The notes beneath the pieces were generated by a model, which made no database searches, was not told where the DNA came from, and saw only the letters and a program-made list of their open reading frames with translations. A program made the translations under genes and the position numbers. From positions 62,000,001-62,064,000 of the forward strand of contig NC_043010.1 of assembly GCF_006345805.1 (NCBI RefSeq): 64,000 nt of DNA, read 5' to 3'. Positions 24,040 through 37,324 of the stretch are shown one piece after another (within the stretch, counting starts at the first letter, position 1; each line of letters begins with the position of its first letter). This DNA is from Octopus sinensis. Its lineage: Eukaryota.

Positions 24040-24415
24040 AGTAAGCAACATGAAATATGAAAGTAAATGAGCTAAATATGCAAACAACGAGAAAAACAAA
24101 TGGAAAACAGGACAAGTAACATAAAGAATGACCCTTCATCAGTTGTTGGCTGCCTGTCTATTTCTCATTGTTCCCAACTTTAACCCTCCATAAAACCCAG
24201 ATTTTATTTTGGTACTAATGGGAGCAAGTGTCTTTCAAGACTCATATTGTTGTTCAATGCTTGAAATGAGGAGTAGATGGACACCCGACAACTGATGAAG
24301 GGTCATTCTTTATGTTACTTGTCCTGTTTTCCATTTGTTTCTCTCATTGTTTGCATATTCAACTCATTTGTTTTCGTATGTCATGTTGTTTACTGTTGGT
24401 GACGTTTTGTACCTA
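24040..24415. repeat. ~370-bp fold-back with outward-reading CTGATGAAG in both arms
   Basis: GAAAACAGGACAAGTAACATAAAGAATGACCCTTCATCAGTTGT mirrored by ACAACTGATGAAGGGTCATTCTTTATGTTACTTGTCCTGTTTTC. Confidence 0.85.
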
Positions 24416-24550
24416 TATATGCATACACACACACACACACACATATGTATATATATATGTATGTATATATATATACACACACATATACATATATTTATAT
24501 ATGTATATGCATATATATATCATTATATATATATAATATTTACATGTATA

Positions 24551-24598
<48 letters not shown>

Positions 24599-24629
24599 TG
24601 TAAATATTATATATATATATATGTATATA

Positions 24630-24694
24630 TATCTATACAATATGTTACATTACTCGGTAATGACTACCGAGTAATGTAACATATTGTATAGATA
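24630..24694. repeat. Perfect 30-bp-arm hairpin, 5-nt loop
   Basis: TATCTATACAATATGTTACATTACTCGGTA-ATGAC-TACCGAGTAATGTAACATATTGTATAGATA. Confidence 0.95.
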
Positions 24695-24802
24695 AATTTC
24701 CTCTATTTACATAATATTGAGGTCTCTTTCTTTCTTTTGTTATCTTACCGTTTTATCAATATATGTATATATATGTATATTATATTATTATTGACAATAT
24801 AT

Positions 24803-24839
<37 letters not shown>

Positions 24840-25263
24840 TATATATACATATATATATACATATATTATGTATATACTTATAATTGAGGCAGCTAGTATG
24901 TATATACTTATATATACATATATTTAGGTATATACAAGGTGAAGTCAAAACTTATCTGCACTTTCACCATAACATATCTTTATTATTGCTGCACTGCCTT
25001 CTGCACATGCATGCTTATAGTTGGTACTATTGTGGTCGCATGATCGAAGTTTGATCCTGATCGTGCCATTTTTCTTTCTGGCTTTACAGTTTAAGCATGG
25101 CTGCTCCACCAGCAATGTACACCAAAGAAGAACAAAGAGCAGTGATTGGATTTCTCTGGCCGGAAGGTGTGTCAGGTGCTGAAATTCAATGGAAACTTTT
25201 AGCAGAATATGGGGACAGTGCACTACCATGAAGAAGTGTGCATGAATGGATCGAGAAGTTTAA

Positions 25264-25870
25264 CCCTTTAGTGTTCAGATTATTCTATCAAACATAATGC
25301 TTATTGATTCTCATTGATTTGAATTAATCATGCATTATCTCATATCTTCAAGATCTTGATGGTGTAATTACTTAATGTAGAATAACATTGTAGGGTAGAT
25401 GTGAGGGCCTGGATCTGGTCAGTTTGAACATAAAACAGATTAAATATTTTGGCCAGATATGGCCGGTTTAAATACTAAAGGGTGGAGGCGCAATGGCCCA
25501 GTGGTTAGGGCAGCGGACTCGCGGTTTCGATTCCCAGACCGGGCGTTGTGAGTGTTTATTGAGCGAAAACACCTAAAGCTCCACAAGGCTCCGGCAGGGG
25601 ATGGTGGTGATCCCTGCTGTACTCTTTCACCACAACTTTTTCTCACTCTTACTTCCTGTTTCTGTTGTACCTGTATTTCAAGGGGCCGGCCTTGTCACTC
25701 TCTGTGTCACGCTGAATATCCCCGAGAACTACGTTAAGGGTGCATGTGTCTGTGGAGTGCTCAGCCACTTACACGTTAATTTCACGAGCAGGCTGTTCCG
25801 TTGATTCGGATCAACCGGAACCCTTGTCATCGTAACCGACGGAGTGCTTCCAAAAACAAATACTAAAGGG
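25264..25870. mobile_element. piggyBac-like MITE inserted at TTAA within the mariner
   Basis: TTAA at 25260-25263 and 25871-25874; TIRs CCCTTTAGT / ACTAAAGGG. Excision restores the mariner reading frame. Confidence 0.85.
25484..25857 (+). mobile_element. SINE family 'C' inserted into the MITE right TIR
   Basis: 14-bp TSD AAATACTAAAGGGT at 25470-25483 and 25858-25871. Confidence 0.9.
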
Positions 25871-26011
25871 TTAAAAGAGGCTGGACAAGTATGATGCACG
25901 AGGAGGGAGCAGGGCATCTGTCAACCTCCACCATTGATGAGAAGATTCAGTAAGCTCAAAAGATGGGAATGGTGATCCGGCGAGTTATCGTTGATGAGAG
26001 CTCATTCTCTG

Positions 26012-26309
26012 TGGAGGCACATGGCCTAGTGGTTAGAGCAGCGAACTTGTGGTCGAGGGACCATGGGTTCAAATCTCAGACCCGTTGATGTGTGTGTTTA
26101 TGAGCGAAACACCTAAGCTCCATGTGGCTCCAGCAGAAGGTAATGATGAACTTCTGTTGACTCTTTCGCCACAACTTTCTCTCACTCTTTCCTCCTGCAT
26201 CTTGTAGCTCACCTGCGATGGATTGGCATCCCGTCCAGGTGCGGAACCTATATGCCAAGGAAACTGGGAAACCGGCCCTTATGAGCCAGGCATGGCTCAA
26301 GAAGGAAGA
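26012..26309 (+). mobile_element. tRNA-derived SINE related to family 'C', inserted in the mariner
   Basis: 15-bp TSD AGAGCTCATTCTCTG at 25997-26011 and 26310-26324; head TGGCCTAGTGGTTAGAGC..GGGTTCAAATCTC. Confidence 0.85.
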
Positions 26310-26859
26310 AGAGCTCATTCTCTGCAGATTAGTCATGGTTCTGCCTATCAAATCATCCATGATGAGCTTGGCTTCCATAAAGTCTGTGCAAGGTGGGTGC
26401 CATGTAGATGGTGCATTATAACCAGAGTCGTTATCAGTGCCAGGTAAATGGCACCCACCTGTGAATCGTAGCCATGGTCATTGCTGGTGTCATGTAGATG
26501 GCACCCATACCATTGACACTTAAAAGCACCGGTTACGCTCCTGGAGTGGTTGGCATTAGGAAGGGCATCCAGCTGGAGAAACTGTGCCAAATCAGTCTGG
26601 AACCTGGTGCAGGTCTCCGGATCATCAGCTCCAGTCAAACTGTCTAACCCATGCCAGCCTGGAGAGCAGACGTTAAATGATGACAAAGATGATGTTGATG
26701 ATGATGATGACAAAGATGATGTTGATGATGATGACAAAGATGATGTTGATGATGATGATGACAAAGATGATGATGATGTATATATATCACAGACTCTCCT
26801 GTCTGTGAAAACCAATATATGATGGACCTGCAGTTTTTTGCTGCACAACTACAAAGACG

Positions 26860-27090
26860 ATTTGTTTACCATGATCAAATGTTTGTGTTCACGTAAGCTG
26901 ACTCACTCCATCAATTTGACATTACCTGTACAGGTGCAACTGGGTGCCACATGTGTCAGATGACGAAATGACCGCAGAACAACGTGAAATTAAGTGTTTT
27001 GCTCAAGAGCACAACTAAACACCTGTTCTGGGAATTGAACCTATGATCTTGCAATTGTGAGAGCAACACCCTAGCCACTAAGCCATGCAT
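26860..27090 (-). mobile_element. SINE family 'H', second copy
   Basis: Matches 3340-3562 (ACATTACCTGTACAGGTGCA..CCACATGT..TCAGATGA). Confidence 0.7.
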
Positions 27091-27652
27091 ATACAGGTGT
27101 ATACACACCTGTCTGTGGCTGGATCCAATAGCAGCAATTTTGAGGGAAGGGGACAACTTGAATACATCAACATCAATGTTTTATTTTATCCACCTTGAAA
27201 CGTTGAAAATTGAAATGGACTTTGGCAGGATTTGAACTCAAGAGGTAAAGAGCTGAAGAAAGGGCATTTAGCAATTTGTCCAGTGTTCTAACAGTTCTGC
27301 CAGCTCATCAAGTCACACACACACACACACACACACACATACGCATGTGCAGATATATACTCATACATCTATATATACATTTATACCTGTCTATTGTCTC
27401 TCTCTCCCTCTCTGTATGTATGTACATACACACACACACACACATATAGATACACACATATATATATAAATACATGCATACATATGTGTGTTTGTATGTG
27501 TGTATGTACATATTATATTAATCAGCTGATTAATAATTAATAAACTATAAAAACATAAACTAGCTTACACACTCTTATACTGGGCTCAGTTCTATTTTTC
27601 CTGTTTATTCTTGATAACATATGTATATATATATATGGATATAGATGCAGAT

Positions 27653-27684
<32 letters not shown>

Positions 27685-27724
27685 GCACACAGACAAACAG
27701 ACAGGCACACAGACAGACAGGCAC

Positions 27725-27765
<41 letters not shown>

Positions 27766-28309
27766 TAGATAGATAGACAAAGACAAGCAGACAGACAAAC
27801 ATACAGACAGGCAGATAAACAGACAGATAGATAGATATGTAAGTAGATAGATAGATAGATAGATAGATATAGATAGACAGATAAATTGATTGATTGATTA
27901 ATACACACATACACACACACACACACACAGAGAAATACATTCATGCATACATACTGATATATATATATATATATATAATATATATATATATATATACATG
28001 TATATATATAAATGTATCCATGCATACAAGCACACCTACACACACATACATACGCAGCTTCTCTCCAAGTACGCACACACACACATTTCCGAGTTCTGCC
28101 CTTTAGATATAAGCTCTCTCTCTAGATTAGCAGATCAATAGACAAACAGATGTAGAAGTCTGTCTGTGCGTCGCTACAGTGCAAGAAGCAGTGCATTCCA
28201 TTCACTCAAGCGTAACGAGTGTCATTAACATAATTAGAACCTTGGAAATTCCTTGCAGTCATGTGTTCAGCTTTGTGTAGAGATATTCCAGAACACAGAT
28301 GGTGTGTAA

Positions 28310-28357
<48 letters not shown>

Positions 28358-29037
28358 GTGTATGTATGTGTGTTTGTGTGTGTGTCTTTCAGAGAACATA
28401 TGTGCGTGCAAATGTGTATATTTGAGTATCGTTGTGTATATATGGATTTGAGTGTATGTATGTGTGTATGCGTGTGTGTCTATTTGTAAATGTGTGTGTG
28501 TGCGTCTGAATGTTTGTGTGTGTGCATGTGTGCATATATCGTTGAGTGAGTGTATATGTAGGTGTATGAATATATGTGTGCATGTGTGTGTGTGTCTTGA
28601 TATATATGTGTATGTGTGTATGTGTGTGTCTCTTGATATGTGTGTGTCTGTGTCTTTGGGTGTGTATATGTATATGTATGTGCATGTGTTTCATAGTGTT
28701 AATGTATCTTATTTTTTTCCATGATTTTCTAGTTTCACTCAATGGACGGCGACCATACTGGAGCACTGCCATCAAGAGTTTGTCCAATCCTGTTAATCTC
28801 AGTAATTGCCTGACTCTGGTATTTTATTGATCTTTCTTTATTGAACTGCTCAGTCTGTTAGGTATTTTCTTTTTGTTTTTCTGTTTTATCAGTGAGGGAA
28901 AGGCATCACCCCTGGCCCCTGACAGGGCTTCTGAGGATGGATGCTGGGAGGGAGTGGGTATCCTCAAATAGAGACTTGCCCCAAACACCTGCAAGACAGT
29001 GGACTTACTAAATTATCTAAGGACCAGATAGGGTGGG

Positions 29038-29180
29038 GTCGTTAAACTGGATGACAATGTGGGAACTCCATTAAAGTTACCCAAGTACCTGGTGGTGGAG
29101 TTAAACTGGGTGGCAAGAGAGGGAACTCCACGAAAGCTACCCAGGGACCAAGTGCTGGAGTTAAACTGGGTGACAGCAGA
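29038..29180. repeat. Degenerate 60-bp minisatellite (~2.4 units)
   Basis: GTTAAACTGG recurs with a 60-bp period, each time followed by GGGAACTCCA..AAAG.TACCCA. Confidence 0.75.
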
Positions 29181-30483
29181 ATTGATTATGGTGGGATTAA
29201 GTGTACCCAAGTATACCTCCCAAGAACTCATGACACAAAAGACAGAAACAAACACCACAAGGCACCTCTGCTCGTCACCCTGATATTTCTACTAATCCAC
29301 TGATCTGGGTTTTATTTTAGTGACCCCCCCCACCTCTTGATGTGTCAAAAGGCAATGTTGTCCTCAACAGGATTTGAACTCAGTGTGTAGAGATCTGGAA
29401 CAAATGCTGCCAAATTGTGCAATGTGTGGTGATGAAGGGACTAGTGAGAGGCAGTCTTGAAAGGGAAGCCAGAGAATAGGGACATAAGGGATGAGAGGGA
29501 CCTGTAAAGACTTGGTTGAAGAGCGTGACGGAGATTCTGGTAGACATGGGCCTGGTCTTGATTGGGAGCAGGATTAAAACAGGGTTTGTCTCTCAGATGG
29601 GCGAAGATTTCTTGTCATCATTGTCAGTGTCATCATCGTCGACATCATCATCATCATCATCATTGTTATCATCATTGTTGTAATTGTCGTTGTCATCATC
29701 TTCCTCTTCACCCTCATTGTCATCATCATCACCATCAGCATCTTTCATTGTCTTCATCATTATCATCATCATCATTGTCATCGTTTTTTTAACGACCACT
29801 TTTCTGTGTTTGCATGAGGGAGGCAGAATTTGCTGAGGCCAATTTCCCATGTCTGGACGTCCGTTACTGTCACCAACCCTCATCTGTTGCTTCCGATGAA
29901 GCTAATATTCCCACCATGGCTGGTCAGACATATTTTGCAAGAAAAACAGGAAAGATAGGAGCATCACATTATGATGACTCACATTTGCAATCTAAGTCCC
30001 CTGATGTCAAGACAACGGTACACACACACATACATACAAACACACACACGCACACATACAAACAAACACGCACACATACACATGTGTGAACAAACACACG
30101 CACGTACACAACATACACAAACACACACACATGTACACAAACACACACACGTGCACAAACACACACACATACACGCACACGAACGAATGCATACACACAC
30201 ATGTACACACACACATACACACAATTGTACACACACACACACACAACATACACAGACACAAATATACACATGTATGATGGGCTTCTTTTAGTTTCCATCT
30301 ACCAAATCAATTCACAAAGCTTTGATAGGCCCAGAGCTATAGTAGAAGACACTTGCACAAGGTGCTGTGCAGTGGGAATGAACCTGAAACCACATAGTTC
30401 GGATACAAGCTTCTTAACCACACACCCACACCTGCATCTGGCCATAGATAAATACATTCTAAAGGGAAGACTAAAACAAGAAA

Positions 30484-30790
30484 TGAAAAGATTGTTTACC
30501 AACATAACATGGCTGTCCTGGTTTAGGATGAATGTTGCTGTAATTTATCCCCAGGAGTCATTGTCTCCAGCTGGCTATATGACATGATCTAAGTCCTTAT
30601 ATTTTTGAACAAGGGAACCTAGCACCCCAATTCAGCTCAAAACAATATCTGCCATGTTATGTTGGCAAACAATCTTTACTCCAAAGTGCTGTTGCTGAAT
30701 ATCTCTTGTTGTGTGATTTAAAAATAGTACTTTTCAAATTTATAGATCAGTGGCTAGTCATCACTTTGAAAACTATATATTTCGAACAGG
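30484..30790. mobile_element. Long-TIR MITE family 'I'
   Basis: AAGATTGTTTACCAACATAACATGGC...GCCATGTTATGTTGGCAAACAATCTT; second copy at 41085-41435. Confidence 0.65.
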
Positions 30791-31043
30791 AATTTGGCAG
30801 CTGAACAATTATTCTGTGCTGATGAAGGAAAATAACCCTCACTTCTTTCTAAGAATCTTAGAATTTATGCTGCTGAATACATTGAAGTGCTGGAGACAGT
30901 TGTTAAGCTCTGAATGGAGGAAGTATGCAATAGGAGGCCATACAGATTTCAACAAGTCTCAGCACCTTTTTATGGAGCCCCCTTAACCCAGTAACACCAA
31001 ACTTGTGGAGTCACTAGTTTGAAATCCCATTGACTACTACATT

Positions 31044-31140
31044 TAGGGTCCAGTTCTATATTTAAGAGATGAGGAATTATTTACATTATTTACATTTGAT
31101 GGATATCCGTCAAATGTAAATAACATAAATAATGTACATT
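31044..31140. mobile_element. Collapsed hammerhead family 1 fold-back (tails only, ribozymes deleted)
   Basis: GTTCTATATTTAAGAGATGAGGAATTATTTACATTATTTACATTTGATGGATATCCGTCAAATGTAAATAA: two 3' tails fused at a palindromic centre. Confidence 0.7.
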
Positions 31141-31792
31141 TAGAGTGTTGTTGAAAGAATGAGCAATACCATAGCTTCACTGAAGGCAGCCATTGTCCAG
31201 GTGATGTCCAAAAAGAACAAGGGTCATTTAGTGCAGGCAGGTCAATGATGCTGGTTCCACATTCAATCAATCATTAAAGCTGAAGGCAAATTCAGAGAAA
31301 TAATCTTATAAGAAAGTTTGTTGAGAATATGTGCACAAATATGTTTGATGGTTGTTAGATTAGATTTGTTTTATTAAATTACTAAATATTACTTCAGTTA
31401 CTTCTCATACTCTCTCTCTATATATGTATGCATGCTTGCATGTGTGTATGTATGTGTGTATGTATGTATGTATGTATGTATGCATTTCTGTATATATTTA
31501 TGTTATTGTCCAGTTTATTTCAAGATTTCTCGCCAATACAGAAAGAATCAGTTTCTAACCTAGATCCAAGGTTTGTTCATTGGAATTTCACCATCAACAA
31601 CATGGTATTTTTGTTTGTTTGTACGTATGTATGCATGTATGTGCAGTTTTGTATGTTTTATGTATGTATTCTCATGCATAAAGTTACATATCTAGACATG
31701 CTCTAGTATGTATGTATTTCTGTATATATGTATGTATGTATGTATGTATGTGTGTGTGTATTTCTGTATGTATGTATGTATGTATGTATGTA

Positions 31793-31823
<31 letters not shown>

Positions 31824-32679
31824 ATGTATGTATGTGTGTGTATTTCTGTATGTATGTATGTATATATTTCTATATGTATGTATTTCTATATGTATGTATT
31901 TCTGTCTGTCTGTCTGTATGTATGTATGTATGTATATATGCATGTGTATATGTGTATGTAATAGCTGACTCCTAGTTCTTTCATCCCAATGGTGTATGTA
32001 TAGCAATCTTCCACGTGGTATGTGTTTCACTGTTTGATTACTGCTACGATCTTTGCAAAAAGGTTGTTTCTTTGCATTTACTCAAAGAATTTAACCATTT
32101 ATTTCACTAGGTTTGCATTAATGGTAAAAATTTTAGGGGAGAGTATTCATAATCCAGAATTAATTGTCCTCTATGCCTCTCAACGCCATGGCCATATCAT
32201 GCTGAATGCATTGGTTCTCTTCTGGTCACCAGAGTTAAGTAACATAAAGCCTTATTAGTACTTAGATGGGTGATCGCTTGGGAAACCTTGGTATAGTAAG
32301 CATCTCATGTGTATATGTATGCTCAACTAAGAGTCCACGAGTCAGGAAAAACCGGCACTTGCATACTGAGTGGTTATATTAATATTTTATACAATAGAAT
32401 GTTAGAGATCCATTTCAGCTGTTCAGAAATTCTGATGAGTGCCAAGGCTGGTTCTCTCCAAACTTCTATGTATGAGATCAATTGGCTCAACTGGGTATAT
32501 GATACTGTAGGGTATGAATAATTAACACACACATATGTATGTGTGAGTGTGTGTGTGGGGGGGGGGTACGGCAAGCAGGACTAAACTGAAGTTTTTGTCA
32601 ACTTTTCCTTATAAATGCTTATAAATATGTCGCACATTCATACATATACATACATACATACATAGACAGACAAACAGCT

Positions 32680-33045
<366 letters not shown>

Positions 33046-34037
33046 AGACAGAGAGATAGAGGGGAGAAAAAGAGAGAGAGAGAGAGAGTGAAAAAGAGAG
33101 TAGAAAATGAATTTGAAGGAAGATCAGGCACATAGATGAACAGACTGACAGACAGACAGATGGATGGATGGATGGGTGGATGGATGGGTGGATGGATGGG
33201 TGGACTGACAAATAGAAAATAGTAAAAATTCTGTAGAAATTTGTTTTGGTACGAGTCAAAAACAAACACAAAAAAAAAAGAAACGAGCAAGAATAAAAAA
33301 AAAAACCGATTGGAAAAAAGAGAAACAATTTATGCAGAATCCAGCAACACCTTCATCTCTGAAGCGAGAGAGAGAAAGAGAGAGAGAGAGGAGTCATTTG
33401 TGTGAAATATGTGCCACTGCACCAGTTAGAAGCAGGGATGCATCCGGTGCAGGTGGCGGCAACACTGGCGTCGGCCATTGCTGCAAACGAACCTGCCTGC
33501 CAACCGTTGTTGTTAATGATTTAGTCAGGAAAGTAGCAGATTATATAACGACCAAGTTACCAACTTCTTCTTCTTCTTTTCCTTCTCCTTCTTCTCCTTC
33601 TTCTTCTTCTTTTTTTCCCCTCCTTCCTCCTCCTCCTCATCCCCCTCTTCCTCCTTCTCCTCCTCCTCCTCTTTCATCATCTGCTCTCCCACAATTTTGG
33701 TCTGGTAACTAGCACCGCATCACTGAGATAAGTGTGCGTGCGTGTGTGCGATGGGGTGTGGTGTGGCGTGTCATGGTGTGTGTGTGTGTGTGTGTGTGCA
33801 CATTGTGTATGTGTATGTGTCTGTGTGTATATGTATATATATATACATTTATATATATATATAATATATATATATAATATGGGTGTATATATATATGTAT
33901 ATATATATGATATATATATATATATATATATTATATATTTATATATAATATATATGTGTGTATATATATATATATATATGTGTATATATATATATATGTA
34001 TATAATATATATATGTATATATATATATATATATGTA

Positions 34038-34098
<61 letters not shown>

Positions 34099-34118
34099 AT
34101 ATATGTATATATATATAG

Positions 34119-34151
<33 letters not shown>

Positions 34152-34873
34152 CTATATGTATATATAATATATATATATGTATAAGATATATATATAGTAT
34201 ATATATATATATTAATGTATATATATATATATATCTATATATATGTATATATATATATATATATATGATGTAGGTATGCATGTAAGTGTAATATATTATT
34301 GATATGTGTGTGTGTATATATATTATATATATATATATATATGTATGCATGTATGAATACACACATATACACATTCACACACACACATATGCACATATAT
34401 ATATGCATATATCCCTGTAATACAGAGACATATGTGCATGCATGCATACAAAGTTTTCATACACACACACACACACACACACACACATGACTCTATACGC
34501 CTTAGGCCTCTCTTTCACTCTCCCTCTCACGTACACTCATCCAATGATCAATATGTCATAGGCCTAGGCCTCTCCTCCCTACACACTCTCCTTCTCTCTC
34601 TCTCTCCTCAGACAACATGCATACACCTCAGTCCCCCTCTACTACTACTACTACTCTTTTCCTCTCTTTCTCTTTCCTCTCTCTCTATCTTTCACTGCTT
34701 CTCTCTTTCTCTCCCTCACCCAATTACAAAATAAATCGCAGTTTTTTTCCCTGACCATCGTATTTGCACACACACATGGAAGACACACGGAGCACAATCA
34801 ATCACATATCTAAGCATGTGTAATCTTCATTCGCCCCGTTCATTGGTATAGACATGCACATATACATGTGTAG

Positions 34874-34906
<33 letters not shown>

Positions 34907-34910
34907 CAGG

Positions 34911-34943
<33 letters not shown>

Positions 34944-35133
34944 TATATATACAGATATATATATATATATATATACAGTTATATATATATAAATGTATAT
35001 ACATGTATGTATGTATGTATGTATGTATATTGACTGATTGATTAATATCAATCAATAAATGTTATAGTGTCTCAAGGACTGAGAGTTTCATGCCTTAGCA
35101 TTTATCAAGACTGTATGTGTGTGATATATTATA

Positions 35134-35171
<38 letters not shown>

Positions 35172-35277
35172 TATATATTATATGCTATATATATATATAG
35201 AGAGAGAGCACACACACACACACACATATGTGTGTGTGTGTGTGTATATATCTATATCTATCTATATATATATATAT

Positions 35278-35508
35278 GTTTCTTTATTGTCCACAAGGGG
35301 CTAAACATAGAGGGGACAAATAAGGACAGACAAAGAGATTAATTTGATTACATCAACCCCAATGCATAACTGGTACTTAATTTATCGACCCCGGAAGGAT
35401 GAAAGGCAAAGTCGACCTCGGCGGAATTTGAACTCGGAACGTAACGGCAGACGAAATACGGCAACGCATTTCGCCCGGCATGCTAACGTTTCTGCCAGCT
35501 CGCCGCCT
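35278..35508 (-). mobile_element. SINE family 'A'
   Basis: Reverse complement of 17199-17432. Confidence 0.9.
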
Positions 35509-35524
35509 TAAATATATATATATG

Positions 35525-35922
35525 TCGTTGCTATTATGTTAAATTGTTGTATGTCCAAATTTGGCGAAATGCATTTTTTTTTCAATATTAAATTTTCCTA
35601 GCAATAACTGGTTCTTTTGGTCAAACTATCGTATCTCCAGCTCCTTCAGATGCCAAGATATCAAAAATTGTCAAAGTGTAATACAATGGTTTAGCATTTT
35701 TCAAAAGTGTAGTAAGTCCCACATACGACAGTTTTGCAAAAATATTTCTGACTGAAAATATCAAACATGCTTGGCGTTTACGATTTTACGCACCCAACAA
35801 AGTATTATTGTTTAGCAGAAATTGTTGTTAATGTAAAAAGAAATGGAATGGTGGAACTATTTTTTTTGTTTTCTGGAAAAGCAACATTTTGGACTTACAA
35901 CACTTCTGCATAATAGTAACGA
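35525..35922. mobile_element. TA-associated MITE family 'J' (empty-site copy)
   Basis: 14-bp TIR TCGTTGCTATTATG / CATAATAGTAACGA; colinear with 60185-60862. Confidence 0.75.
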
Positions 35923-36073
35923 TACATTTGCATCATCATCACCACCACTACCACCACCATCATCATCATCATCATCATCACCATCACCACCATCATCATC
36001 ATCATCATCGTCATCATCACCACTACCACCACCATCAAAACCACCTTACCACCATCATCATCATCATCACCAT

Positions 36074-36105
<32 letters not shown>

Positions 36106-36221
36106 TCATCGTCATCATCACCACCACCACCAAAACAACCACCACCACCATCATCATCATCGTTTAACGTCCGTTTTCCATGCTGGCAATGGTTGGATGG
36201 TTTGACTGAGGCCTGGGAAAG

Positions 36222-36448
36222 GCGGCGAGCTGGCAGAAACGTTAGCACGCCGGGCGAAATGCTTAGCGGTATTTCGTCTGCGTTACGTTGTGAGTTCAAA
36301 TTCCGCGAGGTCGACTTTGCCTTTCATCTTTCAGGGTTCGATAAATTAAGTACCAGTACGCACTGGGGTCGATGTAATCGACTTAATACCTATGTCTGTC
36401 CTTGTTTGTCCCCTCTGTGTTTAGCCCCTTGTGGGTAATAAAGAAATA
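36222..36448 (+). mobile_element. SINE family 'A' inserted into a minus-strand RTE 3' end (36140-36540)
   Basis: ~22-bp TSD GGTTTGACTGAGGCCTGG(G)AAAG at 36199-36221 and 36449-36470. Confidence 0.9.
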
Positions 36449-36804
36449 GGTTTGACTGAGGCCTGGAAAGTCAGGAGGCTGCACCAGGCTTCAGTCTGAT
36501 CTGGCAAGGTTCCTACAGCTGGATGCCTTTCCTAATGCCTACCAAGATGACGACAAATATCCGTGAAATGTAAATAATGTATATATTTATTAATTCAAAA
36601 TTTAATTGGCATTAAGAGGGGCATCCAGCCATAGGAGCCAAGTGAAAACAGGCTGGAACCTGTTGAAGCTTCTCTGGTCTACCAGTTCCAGTCAAACAGT
36701 CTGACCCAAGCCAACGTGGGAAGCAGATGTTAGATGATGATGATGGTGGTGATGGTGATGATGAAGAGGAAGAAAAGGAGGAGGAGGAGAAGAAGAAGAA
36801 GAAG

Positions 36805-36836
<32 letters not shown>

Positions 36837-37102
36837 GAAGAAGAAGAACTGCTAATGTTAGTAATAGCATTCTTGCAGCTCAAACCCAGTTTTTTGATTC
36901 TACAGAAAAGAAAATCAGGTTCTTGAGAAGAGAGAAATGTTTGGTTGCCATTTCAACTGCTGAGGTTGACTTTGTCTTTTATCCATTCAGGGTCAATGGA
37001 ATAAGGACTGGTTGAGCACTGGGGTCAATATAATTGACTATCCCCCTCCACCAACATTGCTGGCATTGTGCCTGTAGTAGAAAGGGTTATTATGATTATT
37101 AA

Positions 37103-37324
37103 CCCTTTTGATACCAACCCGGCCGAAACCGGTTCTGGCTCTGTAGTACAAATGTCTTGTTTTCAAAAGTTCTGAATTAAAATCTTCCACCAAACCTTAG
37201 TCACAATTTATGTTCCTAACACTAGCTTAATGATAACCAGGTTATTTTACTAAACTCTTTGTTATATTTAAAACTAATTGAAAGAAACACAGAACATCTC
37301 AACAGAAATATGGTAACAAAAGGG
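37103..37324. mobile_element. Complete 222-bp piggyBac-like MITE
   Basis: TTAA|CCCTTTTGATACC ... GGTAACAAAAGGG|TTAA; a second, truncated copy follows at 37356-37508. Confidence 0.85.

Larger units (their letters stand above)
24935..26401 (+). mobile_element. mariner transposon 5' remnant (transposase pseudogene) with nested insertions
   Basis: TA|CAAGGTGAAGTCAAAA end; ATG 25097. Reconstructed MAAPPAMYTKEEQRAVIGFLWPEG...EWIEKF/KRGWTS...AHSLQISHGSAYQIIHDELGFHKVCARWVP (mariner WVP motif), with stops. Confidence 0.85.

Noticed and set aside
35050-35105. Minus-strand TTGATAA-ATGC-TAAG-GCAT-GAAA-CTCTCAG-TC as a fourth hammerhead
   Set aside because: Stem II, GAAA and GUC look right, but the CUGAUGA box has two substitutions and stem I cannot pair. 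It is a single copy, at best a dead remnant.
36957-37100. Near-identical segment repeated at 40880-41025 as a segmental duplication
   Set aside because: Both are copies of an older SINE 'A' subfamily and the flanks do not match.
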